From IMG/VR virus record IMGVR_UViG_3300045988_120652: a DNA stretch of 64,000 nt, one strand, 5' to 3'. The notes below the pieces were generated by a model, which made no database searches, was not told the origin of the DNA, and worked only from the letters and a program-made list of their open reading frames with translations. Below are positions 18,442 to 28,587 of this stretch, piece by piece; positions within the stretch are counted from its first letter, which is position 1; the number at the start of each line of letters is the position of its first letter. The stretch is from a virus. Both the position numbers and the translations under genes were made by a program.

Positions 18442-18492
18442 AAGATGTGAGCCATTTTTTTTGATACCTTATAATATAATGTTTGAGCCGCT

Positions 18493-18527
18493 ATTCGTGA
18501 GAATGGCGGCTTTTTTTGTCCTAATGT
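18493..18527 (+). terminator. Rho-independent terminator
   Basis: The stem agccgctattc / gaatggcggct with loop gtga is followed by ttttttt. Confidence 0.6.
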
Positions 18528-18625
18528 TAAAAACCTTGGTCTTTAATTTTGCATACGGATAACATAGGCAACCAGGTAAAAGGGTTGTATTCAGGATAAC
18601 ACAACACAAAACACAGATTTTACTA

Positions 18626-20317
18626 ATGAAAGGCTTATTTGAAATACTTACCGAAAAGAAGTGGATGGTCAGTCCCGACTTTGTGCATGGTATTCGCAAG
18701 TCGCTTGAGCATAATCTGAATACTCATGCGACTTTCAGCAAGCCGGAGAAGACTTGTGGCTATGTCACAGCTAAGGATAAGGATGGCAACATCTATTATC
18801 CAGAGGAATATCAGGTTTCAGAGGATGGTACACAGGTGAGAGGCAACTGGTGTCTGGGCCTCCCTGCTGATGACGAGGATGCGCAGACGTTTCCTTTCGT
18901 TTCGGTTCTTACTGTTGACGGCCCTATCACACGCAACGGCGGCTATTGTTCGTATGGTTCAATAGACCATCGCGACATGATGATGCGAGCAGCCGATCAT
19001 CCTCTTTGTCGTGGTCATGTTTTCATCATCAACACTCCTGGCGGTTCTGCTTGGGCAAAGAACGATTATGCTCTTGCCATCGACTATGCCCACTCAAAGG
19101 GTCAGAAGGTTATAGCCTTGGTTGATGGTCTTTGTGCTTCAGCTGGTATGTACTTCGCTTCGCTTTGCGACGAACGCTATTACATGAATACGAAAGACCA
19201 GGTTGGTTGCATCGGTGTAATGGCAGCGTTCTATACTCTTGCCGATGGCACGGTAAATCAGTTTACCGATGAAACTTATCACGAGCTTTATGATCCGAAG
19301 TCGTTTGACAAGAACAAGGCTTATCGCGACCTCGCTAATAAGGATGATGACAAGGAACTTATCAAGGAACTTGCTGATCTTGGTGTTGAGTTCCGTGCCG
19401 ACGTAAAGAAAGCTTGCCCTAATGCTACCGACAAACATCTGCATGGCAAGGTGTTTAATGCCGAGGACGTGAAGGGCATTCTGATGGATGGTCAGTCATC
19501 ATTTATGGGAGTGGTGCAACATGCCTTTGAACTTTATGATGGCAGAGCCGAACTTATCAACCGTGAGCAGACGGTTGAGCCACAGAACGAGCCGGAGAAT
19601 GAGCCGGAACCAGAGAAACCGGAAGCAACCAACACAAACACTAATATAAATATGGAGAAATATCCTCTTATTTGCAAAGCTTGTGGATTGCAGGCTGGCG
19701 AGATTGCCGTTACTGAGGAGGGCGCGTATATGAACGCCTCGCTTCTTGACTCTCTCGAAGCTCACATGAAGGAAGTCGAGCAGAAGGTGACTGATGCCGA
19801 GCTGAAAGCCACCACAGCGGAGAACGCTCTCGCAGAATTGCAGGGCAAGTTTGATGAACTCTCCGCCAATGTAAACGCAGCCAACGAAGCAAAAGCAGTC
19901 GCGGAGACCGCACTCGCCCAGGCTAACGAGGCTCACAGTACAGAACTAAGCGACCTTAACGCACAGCACACCGAGGCTCTTGCCAAGAAGGACGACGAGC
20001 TGAAAGCTCTCGCCGAGGCAAAGGGCAAGGAGATTGCCCAGCTCACAGCCGACAAGACTGATGCCGAGGCAAACCTTCAGACTGCTAAGGACGCACTCGC
20101 CACAGCCGAGCAGTCGCTTGCCGACAAACAGGCTCAGATAGCTGCCCTCACCAATGAGGCTGGCGAAGAGCTAAACAGCGGCGAGGCTCCTGAGAACAAT
20201 GGCGAGGGAGCTAACATAAAACATGCTCAGACCGGCTATCCAAAATGGAACCAAGCCGATCCCGTAGGCTCAAAGAAGGCTATCGACGAATACAAACGTA
20301 AGAACGGTATCCTTTAA
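18626..20317 (+). CDS. S49 (SppA/ClpP-like) prohead protease fused to a coiled-coil scaffold-like C-terminus
   Basis: FIINTPGGSAWAKNDY..VIALVDGLCASAGMYFASLCD matches the S49 peptidase core. The C-terminal ~200 aa are Ala/Glu/Lys-rich coiled coil. The gene lies directly upstream of the capsid candidate. Confidence 0.7.
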   Translation: MKGLFEILTEKKWMVSPDFVHGIRKSLEHNLNTHATFSKPEKTCGYVTAKDKDGNIYYPEEYQVSEDGTQVRGNWCLGLPADDEDAQTFPFVSVLTVDGPITRNGGYCSYGSIDHRDMMMRAADHPLCRGHVFIINTPGGSAWAKNDYALAIDYAHSKGQKVIALVDGLCASAGMYFASLCDERYYMNTKDQVGCIGVMAAFYTLADGTVNQFTDETYHELYDPKSFDKNKAYRDLANKDDDKELIKELADLGVEFRADVKKACPNATDKHLHGKVFNAEDVKGILMDGQSSFMGVVQHAFELYDGRAELINREQTVEPQNEPENEPEPEKPEATNTNTNINMEKYPLICKACGLQAGEIAVTEEGAYMNASLLDSLEAHMKEVEQKVTDAELKATTAENALAELQGKFDELSANVNAANEAKAVAETALAQANEAHSTELSDLNAQHTEALAKKDDELKALAEAKGKEIAQLTADKTDAEANLQTAKDALATAEQSLADKQAQIAALTNEAGEELNSGEAPENNGEGANIKHAQTGYPKWNQADPVGSKKAIDEYKRKNGIL

Positions 20318-20373
20318 AACACAACAACACAAGACAATTAAAAGCACAACCAACACAAAAATTAAACAAGACT

Positions 20374-21663
20374 ATGGCAACACCTAAAGACTTTATTGGT
20401 ATCAGCGCACTTCAGGAAGTGGCTAATCAGGTATTCGCAAGTGTAGTACAGGGTCCTGCTTTTGCTAATCCCGAGGAGATGAAGCGACTCGGCATCAAGA
20501 CTATTAGCGGAGTCCAGTACAAGCGCACAATGAACGTGTTCGTCCGCAAGGGTGGCACTACTCGCCGTAAGGACATGAACCCGACCATGAACGGCACAAT
20601 CGGATTCCTCAAGGAGCGTGTTTTGACAGCTAAACTCGCCTGGTTTAAGGGTACTGACAATATCGACCGCTACTGTGAGACAGTATTCGGCGTAAACGCA
20701 CAGGGTGCTTATCCTCTCTCTACCGTGGCAGTGGAAGCAGTAATCAAGACTCACGCCGACGACCTTTACAACAACCTCTGGTGGGGCGACATCGACAACG
20801 ACGTGCCAGGTGCATCGGAGGAGAAGAAGGCAATGGGCCTTTACGACGGTTTCATCACTTGCATCAAGCACGACATCGAGGACGGCATCATCAGTGAGGC
20901 TAACCATAACCTCATTCACTGTGAGGCAATCTCGGCTCCTGCCGACGCTACTGACTCATCGGCTTACAAGAACTTCCGTGAGGCTTATATGAGCCTTGAT
21001 CCACGTCTGCGTCGTCAGAAGGTTTACGCCTATATGACTCCCGAGACTGCCATCAACATTGCTGACGGCTACGCTCTTCAGTCATACGGCACACACAAGC
21101 TCAATGTTGTGGACGGTGGCAACTACGTCATCCCCGAACTGCCTAAGCTCACCATCGCGCCGGTTGAGGGCATGGGCGCAGGCGACCGCATCATCTTCTC
21201 AGTAGAGGGCAACCTTATCTATGCTGTTGACACCGAGAGCAACCAAACTTTCGTTGAAGTGGCTCTTGGCTCTGACAACGATTTGAGAGACGTTGTTTTT
21301 CAGTGTCAATCAATACAGGGATCAATGGTGGCCTCTACGCTGGCTTCCTCGTTTGCCGTCACAGACGGTTCGCTTGAGAGCACAGACTTCCAGTCGGGCG
21401 ACTACACCCACTCTAACCTTGTCGTTACTCTTGCTCATTCTGACTCAGACACAGGCAAGATTGACGCAAAGGTTAAGGTGGACGGCGTAGAATACAAGAC
21501 TCCGATTGAGACGACTCCAAACCAGATTATCTCTCTCGTAGCTGAAGACAGCACAACTTACAAGTTTGTGTCATGGAGCAACGGCAAGACCGATAAGACA
21601 ATCCAGCTTACCGCTTCCGGTATGAACATGGGCTTGACAGCCTTCTTCAAGAAGAACGGCTAA
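20374..21663 (+). CDS. Major capsid protein candidate with a C-terminal B-repeat/Ig-like add-on
   Basis: 429 aa, placed after the protease/scaffold gene and preceded by a strong A/C-rich leader. The tail YKFVSWSNGKTDKTIQLTASGMNMGLTAFF resembles divergent InlB B-repeat domains. Confidence 0.5.
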   Translation: MATPKDFIGISALQEVANQVFASVVQGPAFANPEEMKRLGIKTISGVQYKRTMNVFVRKGGTTRRKDMNPTMNGTIGFLKERVLTAKLAWFKGTDNIDRYCETVFGVNAQGAYPLSTVAVEAVIKTHADDLYNNLWWGDIDNDVPGASEEKKAMGLYDGFITCIKHDIEDGIISEANHNLIHCEAISAPADATDSSAYKNFREAYMSLDPRLRRQKVYAYMTPETAINIADGYALQSYGTHKLNVVDGGNYVIPELPKLTIAPVEGMGAGDRIIFSVEGNLIYAVDTESNQTFVEVALGSDNDLRDVVFQCQSIQGSMVASTLASSFAVTDGSLESTDFQSGDYTHSNLVVTLAHSDSDTGKIDAKVKVDGVEYKTPIETTPNQIISLVAEDSTTYKFVSWSNGKTDKTIQLTASGMNMGLTAFFKKNG

Positions 21664-21787
21664 TCTTTCAACGGAGTTTCTTTCACTCTATATTTTCAAG
21701 GGCGATGGTCGTGGCTGACCTGACGGAATATGCGAACCCGTCGCCCTTCTTTTTAATCAACACAACAACACAAAAACTTATAAGAAT

Positions 21788-22351
21788 ATGGCAGTAACAG
21801 CAACATGTCCTGAGATTAAGGACGTTCTCGCAGCTAATGAATGTCTTGAGAACTTTGGTGGTCTTGGTGTCAATGTCTACGTCTTCAATAAGGCAGACCT
21901 TAAAGCTCCCTTGAAGGCCGAAAAGAACATCTACCCTGCATTGACCTCTGAGTCGTTCAACACTGGTAAAGGTCTTTACAAATTCGAGTGTAAGGAGAGT
22001 AGCCAGGGTCACTCTTTTGAGTCACTTGGCCGAAGAGGCGGTTATAAACAGACGATTGACTATGTACTCGAAAGCGTAAACGCAGAGTCGGCAGAAGTGG
22101 CACGTGCTCTGAACAACCTCGATCTTGGCTACATCTTCCAGGATGGTGAGAAGAGCATCATCGTGTATGATTCTCAGCATAAGGTGGAGTATGCCTCTGG
22201 TGGCATTAAGGGCGACACGGGCAAGAAATCTGACGATGACCGTAGCGTTGTTTGTAGCGGAACTCTCCAGCCTACAGCCTACGGACGTTATGAGATTCCA
22301 GAGCCTGAGACCGGCGGTTGGGACTCGCTTCTCGCTTCAAAAAAAGAGTAA
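21788..22351 (+). CDS. Hypothetical structural protein
   Basis: 187-aa ORF with an A/C-rich leader, after the capsid gene and its hairpin (about 21698-21760). Confidence 0.5.
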   Translation: MAVTATCPEIKDVLAANECLENFGGLGVNVYVFNKADLKAPLKAEKNIYPALTSESFNTGKGLYKFECKESSQGHSFESLGRRGGYKQTIDYVLESVNAESAEVARALNNLDLGYIFQDGEKSIIVYDSQHKVEYASGGIKGDTGKKSDDDRSVVCSGTLQPTAYGRYEIPEPETGGWDSLLASKKE

Positions 22352-22508
22352 GCGATATTGACGCACAGAGCGAGGACAATATCGCAAAAGAAGTGCTCGA
22401 CGATGCCGATTCTTCTTTTTTCAGCACAAGTGACGAAGAGGAAGGAACAACGGCAAAGAAGAGCAAGAAATAATCGCTCATACGAGGAAGGTTTTTCATC
22501 ATACGACA

Positions 22509-22560
22509 AAATCCCTGCATCAATCCTTTATATAAAAGGTATTGATGCAGGGATTTTTTA
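22509..22560 (+). terminator. Rho-independent terminator
   Basis: aaaatccctgcatcaatcc...ggtattgatgcagggatttttt. Confidence 0.7.
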
Positions 22561-22719
22561 TTATACACATATTAGTATTTTGACAAAATAATACTAAAAT
22601 TAGTATTTTTAATACCAAAGCGAAACCAAATACGATAAATGTCTGTAATTTTGCAATTAAGAAAGATTTTTTGATTATGTTTTGTTATAAGCGTAGTATA
22701 ACTAAAACTTATAGGATTT

Positions 22720-23646
22720 ATGGAACTAAGACATTTGCGTTCGTTTGTAAACGTAGCTGAAACCAAGTTATTTAGTATGGCAGCCACACGTTGTTGCGTT
22801 ACCCAGTCGGCGGTAAGCCAGCACATTCGTGCCCTGGAGGACGAGTTGGGCTGCAAATTGCTTATCCGCACATCACACGGCATTATGCTCACCGAAAGCG
22901 GCGAAGCCCTGTTGCCTCGTGCAAAAGAAATACTGAAACAGACCGAGGACTGCAAAGAGCAAATCTATGCCCTCAACAACTGCATGACGGGCGAACTGCG
23001 TATAGGCGTAGGCTCGTTTATATCTCCATACATCCGCATGGCAGCATTGATATTCATGGAGAGATATCCAAACGTCCGTATCAATGCCGACTTCACCAAA
23101 GCCTACCTTCTCAACCAATCACTAAGGGCGCACATGTTAGACCTCGCCTTCACCATGAACATGGCATACAGCCACGAAGGTATAGAGACTATACCCTGCA
23201 TACCTTTTAACGTATATGCCATCATGCGCGACACCCATCCGCTTGCCTCGCTCTCAAAGGTGTCGTATGAGGACATTCTGAAGCACCCAATCATCATGCC
23301 CGACATAGGCGAACGTGCCATTGAGACTTTTCATCAATACATACAGCGCGACCTATATAAGCTCAACATTAAGTGCATCATCAGCGACCCCGACGAAGCC
23401 CTTGCCTCGGTGGAAGAAACCAAGTATATAACCTTCATGCCTAAGCTCTACCTGCGCAACCACCCTACCCTTGTGGCGCGTCCCATCGTCGGACTCGAAC
23501 AGCAGTTGATGAGCAACGCCCACTGTATGCAGGACGTACCTAAGAAGCGAGCTGCACAACTCTTCCTCGACATCATCCGCGACGAGGTAGTGCCATACAT
23601 TTCCGTAGCCGAAGAGTCGCAAGGGAAGTTCACACCGCCACCTTGA
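22720..23646 (+). CDS. LysR-family transcriptional regulator
   Basis: N-terminal wHTH MELRHLRSFVNVAETKLFSMAATRCCVTQSAVSQHIRALEDELGCKLLIRT plus a ~200-aa co-inducer-type domain. Confidence 0.85.
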   Translation: MELRHLRSFVNVAETKLFSMAATRCCVTQSAVSQHIRALEDELGCKLLIRTSHGIMLTESGEALLPRAKEILKQTEDCKEQIYALNNCMTGELRIGVGSFISPYIRMAALIFMERYPNVRINADFTKAYLLNQSLRAHMLDLAFTMNMAYSHEGIETIPCIPFNVYAIMRDTHPLASLSKVSYEDILKHPIIMPDIGERAIETFHQYIQRDLYKLNIKCIISDPDEALASVEETKYITFMPKLYLRNHPTLVARPIVGLEQQLMSNAHCMQDVPKKRAAQLFLDIIRDEVVPYISVAEESQGKFTPPP

Positions 23647-23675
23647 TAGTCATTAGATTTTCTTATAATGAACCG

Positions 23676-23705
23676 AGCCTCACGTTAGCAGCGTGAGGCT
23701 TTTTA
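23676..23705 (+). terminator. Rho-independent terminator after the LysR gene
   Basis: The stem agcctcacg / cgtgaggct is followed by tttt. Confidence 0.65.
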
Positions 23706-23810
23706 ATTTTAGTATTAGCCGAAATTATATGTTATCCCATAGCAAGAACACTTAATAAGAAACTCTTCGCCCCCACCACTTTCTCCCATACCTTTGCAAT
23801 AAGTTCAATA

Positions 23811-24356
23811 ATGAACGAAACCAACCAAACACAAACAACTATGCAGATTAAAACTAATGACGGCAACTATGATGTTGCCAGCAAGGGACTCGGCAACACA
23901 GCCTTGGGTCTCGGCATCGCAGGCTTGGCAACGAGCCTATTGGGAGGCAGCGCCTCGCTTCTGGGCATTGGAAGGAACAACGGCATGACAGCCAACCCGT
24001 CCGACCCTGACGCGCGTTTCGTAACTAAGAGTGAGACTAACCTTATCCAGGAGAACAGCACTCTGAAGACCGAACTCGCCATTCAGAAGAGCGAGAACTA
24101 CACCGACAAGAAGCTCGTGGAAGTGACACAGTATCTCGACGCGAAGTTGCGCCGTGTGGAAGACAAAGTGGATGCAAACAAGGATGCGCAGCAAGCCGTC
24201 AACGCACAGCAGATGGCTTACAATGCGGCTGCTAACGCCAGCATCGACGTGCTCAAGTCGCAGGTGGCATCGTTGTCGAGCGTAACCAAGCTGTTCATCC
24301 CTTCAACCAACGTATGCCAGACCGGTTGCGGTTGCGGTTGCGGATGCAATCAGTAA
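23811..24356 (+). CDS. Hypothetical membrane/coiled-coil protein ending in (Gly-Cys)4
   Basis: Gly/Ala-rich TM segment LGLGIAGLATSLLGGSASLLGI, a central coiled coil and the C-terminus CQTGCGCGCGCNQ, which is encoded by tandem ggttgc hexamers (24324-24347). Confidence 0.55.
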   Translation: MNETNQTQTTMQIKTNDGNYDVASKGLGNTALGLGIAGLATSLLGGSASLLGIGRNNGMTANPSDPDARFVTKSETNLIQENSTLKTELAIQKSENYTDKKLVEVTQYLDAKLRRVEDKVDANKDAQQAVNAQQMAYNAAANASIDVLKSQVASLSSVTKLFIPSTNVCQTGCGCGCGCNQ

Positions 24357-24382
24357 GAGAATGACGTAATCCAGTTATATAT

Positions 24383-24805
24383 ATGGAATACAAAAACTCA
24401 CAGATCTTGGCGGCAGTCGTGTCCGAATGGGCACGACCCGCCATTTCGCAGATAGCTGCAGGCAACCTCATGCGCCTACCTATGCTTCAGTCTCTGCAAG
24501 CCACCATCAGCTCGTTAGGCATTGTCAGTGGCAACTATGCCCTACAGAAGGACATCGAACCACTCATTCAGCCCATCGTCAACTCGCTCGTCGCACCTAT
24601 GCTTGCCCGATATTTCGGTCAGATACCCGAAGAGAGCATACCGCAGATGGCACACGACTTAGTGGAGAAGATGCGAGGTAACGGACCGCTGTCGGTGCTC
24701 GAAGGCATGGTGACGTTTGAGGAGGAAGACCTCAACGAGCTTGCCGATCTTCTTGACAAGAACCTTCCCGTAGAGCAGACGCAAGGCTATCAGGTAAAAC
24801 ATTGA
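24383..24805 (+). CDS. Hypothetical protein
   Basis: 140-aa ORF. Confidence 0.55.
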   Translation: MEYKNSQILAAVVSEWARPAISQIAAGNLMRLPMLQSLQATISSLGIVSGNYALQKDIEPLIQPIVNSLVAPMLARYFGQIPEESIPQMAHDLVEKMRGNGPLSVLEGMVTFEEEDLNELADLLDKNLPVEQTQGYQVKH

Positions 24806-24863
24806 ACAGAGTAACAAACCAAGCGGCGGCAAGCATCGTCGCTATAATAAAACAAAAACGATT

Positions 24864-25292
24864 ATGAACAAACGTACCATTCCGGCTATCATCATAGCCA
24901 CACTTGCGGCAGGTGCAACCGCCGCCGCACCCTATTATGATGTCAACATCACACAGCAGCTCTGCACACCGGCTTGTGTAGACGAGACACCCGTGTTCGC
25001 TCCGAAGTTTTCCGTCAAGAGCATTGCCAACGTAGGCACATCACAGTATATCATCGTCATTCACGTTGAGGGCGTAATAAGCTACATCCCTTGCAACTGC
25101 GGCTCGTGCTGCACACGCTCACAAGTGGTGTCGCAAGACTTCACCATACCCGTGTTCAGCGCCACCGCCATCAATTCGGCAACAATAGCAGTGGGAACCG
25201 TCCAGAACGGCATTGCACGCATATCGTGCTGCAACTGCTCCAAGACTTTTGTTTCCGACTGTCCCGTAACGCTCACCATTGTAACTACATAA
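24864..25292 (+). CDS. Hypothetical secreted Cys-rich protein
   Basis: Signal-like N-terminus MNKRTIPAIIIATLAAGATAAA and Cys clusters PCNCGSCCTRS and ISCCNCSK. Confidence 0.55.
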   Translation: MNKRTIPAIIIATLAAGATAAAPYYDVNITQQLCTPACVDETPVFAPKFSVKSIANVGTSQYIIVIHVEGVISYIPCNCGSCCTRSQVVSQDFTIPVFSATAINSATIAVGTVQNGIARISCCNCSKTFVSDCPVTLTIVTT

Positions 25293-25296
25293 AGCC

Positions 25297-25596
25297 ATGA
25301 TAGTTCTGATAGCTATAGCCACCATGATAGCCGCCACGCTCGCCCAACACCTCGGACTGGCCGAAGCCATTGCCCGTGTTGTTGACAAGGTGGCATCGTG
25401 CCCTCAGTGTTTCACCTTTTGGGTTACAATGTCGGCATTGCTCTACCTCGGCCACGATGTCTACACATCGGCATTGGCGGCTATTGTGGTGGCGTATCTG
25501 TCAAACTGGTTTGTGTTGTTGCTGCTTATTCTTCAACGAAAATTCACAAAGCTATATGAAAAAGAAAGACACACAACCGACCGCCTCGACCATTGA
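25297..25596 (+). CDS. Hypothetical small membrane protein
   Basis: 99 aa with three hydrophobic segments, starting 4 nt after the previous stop. Confidence 0.5.
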   Translation: MIVLIAIATMIAATLAQHLGLAEAIARVVDKVASCPQCFTFWVTMSALLYLGHDVYTSALAAIVVAYLSNWFVLLLLILQRKFTKLYEKERHTTDRLDH

Positions 25597-25728
25597 GGCA
25601 AAGGCAGAAAGCAAGCCCGAGGCGCAGACATTCTTTCCTATATTGCATGTCTCTGTGCAAAAAAGTCTGATTGTCCCACATTTTCGGGGCATTTGTCCCA
25701 CATGTTAAACATATAAAACTCAAACAAA

Positions 25729-26232
25729 ATGAATTACAAACAGATGATTGAACAGGCTCGTGCCAATGGCATGGCTACCGAGAAGAAGATGTGGGCAGCA
25801 GTAGAAACTCTCTCTACCGACCTCCTTGCGCTTGAGCAGACCGACCCTAAGCTCTACTGGCACATCCTGCGCCGTCAGCACGCTGTTCTCTACGGACGGC
25901 ACTACTCTGAGAAGATGGCCAACCACGATGTGAACGCCCTCGTCTATAGCGGCATGTACGATGAAGAGGGTATGCCAACCGACGGAGGCGCACACTGGAC
26001 CCGTCTCAAGGTAGACGAGCTGACTAAGGGCATGAAGTTTCACGCTAACGTCAACGCATGGGACAAATATGTCGCCTTCAACTCTATGTATGCCGACCTT
26101 TGTGCTTGCATGAGCGAGGAAGAGATAATCAAAGCCGCCTACGCTTTCTACTTTTGCGATGACGACTGGCAACCATGCGAAGATGATTGCACTAAGGTGT
26201 GGGACTATAACGCCCTACACGCCACCCTCTAA
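25729..26232 (+). CDS. Hypothetical protein
   Basis: 167-aa ORF. The antisense ORF 25720..26172 is rejected. Confidence 0.55.
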   Translation: MNYKQMIEQARANGMATEKKMWAAVETLSTDLLALEQTDPKLYWHILRRQHAVLYGRHYSEKMANHDVNALVYSGMYDEEGMPTDGGAHWTRLKVDELTKGMKFHANVNAWDKYVAFNSMYADLCACMSEEEIIKAAYAFYFCDDDWQPCEDDCTKVWDYNALHATL

Positions 26233-26454
26233 CACTCGGCTTTTACATTTGTTTTTAAGCCAATGGAAAACTCGAAATTAACAGAAAATTTGCACTCTTT
26301 TCTGTTTCTTTTGTGTATTCTGTTGGCTTATATTTTTTCGTGCAATTAGCGAAATTCGTTGTTTCTCCCCTCCGTTGTCCGCTTTCGATGTCCGCCTCAC
26401 CAAAATAACTTCCCCTATCTTTGTCCTCGGAAAGTTTAATTAATTTATTGTTTT

Positions 26455-27537
26455 ATGTTCAACACACCCGATACCCGAAGCATCGACCTGCGTATGCCCC
26501 GTTCGTGGAACGAGTGCTCCACCACGCAGCTTGAGCTAATCTCCCGCGTCATGCTTGAGCAGATACAGCGCGTAGACCGCTATCATCCCTTTGACATGCG
26601 CAACGTGAAGATAGCTTGTTTCTTCCTGCTTGCCGAAGTAGATATAGTGAAAGGTCCTGACGAGTCGCTGCCCATCGAAGACCAGTACTATCTGTGCCGG
26701 ATGGCATCCGACCGTCCTCGCCGCATACGTCTGCCCCGCAAGAGCGATGACGAGAAGGTTTTCCCTATTTATCTCTGGCAGCTCAACCATTGGCTCACGG
26801 CCAAGCCCAAGACCGACGACCGCAACTCGCCCGAATACATTGCTGCAGGAGCTGGCACACTCGACTGGATGGATAGCGAGAAGGACAGTCCGCTCACGCG
26901 TTTCCCCTACCCCACGCTTCGCCTACGCAATCCGCAGCACTGGTTACGCAAGCGCACCGAGTTCTCCGGTCCGGCACCCGACATGGACGGATTCTCATGG
27001 CAGCAATACCGCTTCGCTACCGACCTCATGGGCCAATACACCCAGCTCTCCAACAATCTCATTAAGATGAAGATGGGTAAGTTCACGGCCGAGCAGATGC
27101 AGTTGCAAGCTGACAGCGTAGACCAGGCACGCTCCATGTTCCTCGCCACCATCTTCAACCAACGCATCCCCTACCTCGACCCGAACACCTCGCTGCGCAC
27201 CGTAGACTTCCATTACGACACCCGTCAGTTCAACGACAACGCAGCCTACTTCCGTCGCTTCCCCGACTACCAATGGCAACCCATCCTCTTCTGGTGGACC
27301 GGCATGATGCACACCCTCTCACGGCGTTATCCTCATGTGTTCAAGGTGCAGAAGATCGACCGCACACAGCGACCCTCCACCCCACTTGAGATATACACTG
27401 CCACCATCGCCACCATGCAGAAATACGCTTCGCTCACCGAAGACCAGGTGAACAACCAGTCGTACTCGCTTGTGCTGGAGCATCTGGAGCGACTCTCGAA
27501 GGAGAATGAGGAGATGGAGAAACTACGGAAGAACTGA
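26455..27537 (+). CDS. Hypothetical protein
   Basis: 360-aa ORF. Confidence 0.6.
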   Translation: MFNTPDTRSIDLRMPRSWNECSTTQLELISRVMLEQIQRVDRYHPFDMRNVKIACFFLLAEVDIVKGPDESLPIEDQYYLCRMASDRPRRIRLPRKSDDEKVFPIYLWQLNHWLTAKPKTDDRNSPEYIAAGAGTLDWMDSEKDSPLTRFPYPTLRLRNPQHWLRKRTEFSGPAPDMDGFSWQQYRFATDLMGQYTQLSNNLIKMKMGKFTAEQMQLQADSVDQARSMFLATIFNQRIPYLDPNTSLRTVDFHYDTRQFNDNAAYFRRFPDYQWQPILFWWTGMMHTLSRRYPHVFKVQKIDRTQRPSTPLEIYTATIATMQKYASLTEDQVNNQSYSLVLEHLERLSKENEEMEKLRKN

Positions 27538-27656
27538 TAGATATTATTGTCATCGGATGAAACGGATTTTTGTTCATCATCGAATGAAGTAAATGAGACA
27601 AACTGAGAAATCCGTGAAATCCGATGTTAAGTAAAACAACGAAAATATAGAGAATC

Positions 27657-28040
27657 ATGGGAAGATATGCAACAAGGGCGACATTAAGGTATTATTGCGC
27701 CCAAGCCGACATCACGCTCTACCCCCATCGGCTCGATGGTGTCTCCTATCAGTATTGTGCCGGAGGATATGTCGTGAATGGCTATTTGGGACGTAGCAAG
27801 TCATGGTCTGATTTGAAATATTGTATGCAGCAAAAACTTATCTTTTTGCTAAAGTATGGCTCTGATGACAATCCTACGATATACAGCGATGGAACAGTTA
27901 TAGAGTGGCACAAAGAGCCGCACGCAATTCTGCCGTTAGCCCAACCTCTTATCGACAACAACGGCATGAAGATACGCACACTTTGGCCACCCGAATGTGA
28001 CGAGGAATTACAGGATTACTACAATCTTCTTAAATCATAG
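27657..28040 (+). CDS. Hypothetical protein
   Basis: 127-aa ORF. Its leader aacgaaaatatagagaa is repeated upstream of the next gene. Confidence 0.55.
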   Translation: MGRYATRATLRYYCAQADITLYPHRLDGVSYQYCAGGYVVNGYLGRSKSWSDLKYCMQQKLIFLLKYGSDDNPTIYSDGTVIEWHKEPHAILPLAQPLIDNNGMKIRTLWPPECDEELQDYYNLLKS

Positions 28041-28077
28041 CAAGCGATAAAGTATTAACGAAAATATAGAGAACATT

Positions 28078-28587
28078 ATGAGAACATTCAAATTCAGAGG
28101 CAAGTGTACAGATCCTAAGTACGATGGCAAAACGGCATGTGGCTCGCTGCTTTCTTTCCCCAATGGAGAGACAAAGATTTTTGAGCACGACCACGACAAG
28201 ACGTTCAACTATTTCGGTGTTGACCCCGCGACCGTCTGCCAGTTCACCGGTTTCCTTGACAAGAACGGCAAGGAGATTTATGAAGGCGACGTGTTGCGGT
28301 CAGACGAATATCCTTATAGCTGCATCGGAGATAAAAAACGCGACAACTATTATGCCGTAGTTTATTACTGTGAGGAAGGAGCTTGCTTTGGCACTGTGAC
28401 GGCCAAGAATCCCAGTTCTGACGTAAGAGGCATTTCAGACGGCATACTTGATGATGTAGAGCGAGAGAAAATGAAGACCTTCGAGGTTGTCGGCAATATC
28501 CATGAAGAGAAGTGGCAACAATACGGCGAATATTTTAAGACTGAAGAAGAAAAGGAGGCAGACAATGATTTATGCAGAAGACCTTAG
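28078..28587 (+). CDS. YopX-family protein
   Basis: FTGFLDKNGKEIYEGDVL and FEVVGNIHE match the YopX pattern. Confidence 0.6.
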   Translation: MRTFKFRGKCTDPKYDGKTACGSLLSFPNGETKIFEHDHDKTFNYFGVDPATVCQFTGFLDKNGKEIYEGDVLRSDEYPYSCIGDKKRDNYYAVVYYCEEGACFGTVTAKNPSSDVRGISDGILDDVEREKMKTFEVVGNIHEEKWQQYGEYFKTEEEKEADNDLCRRP

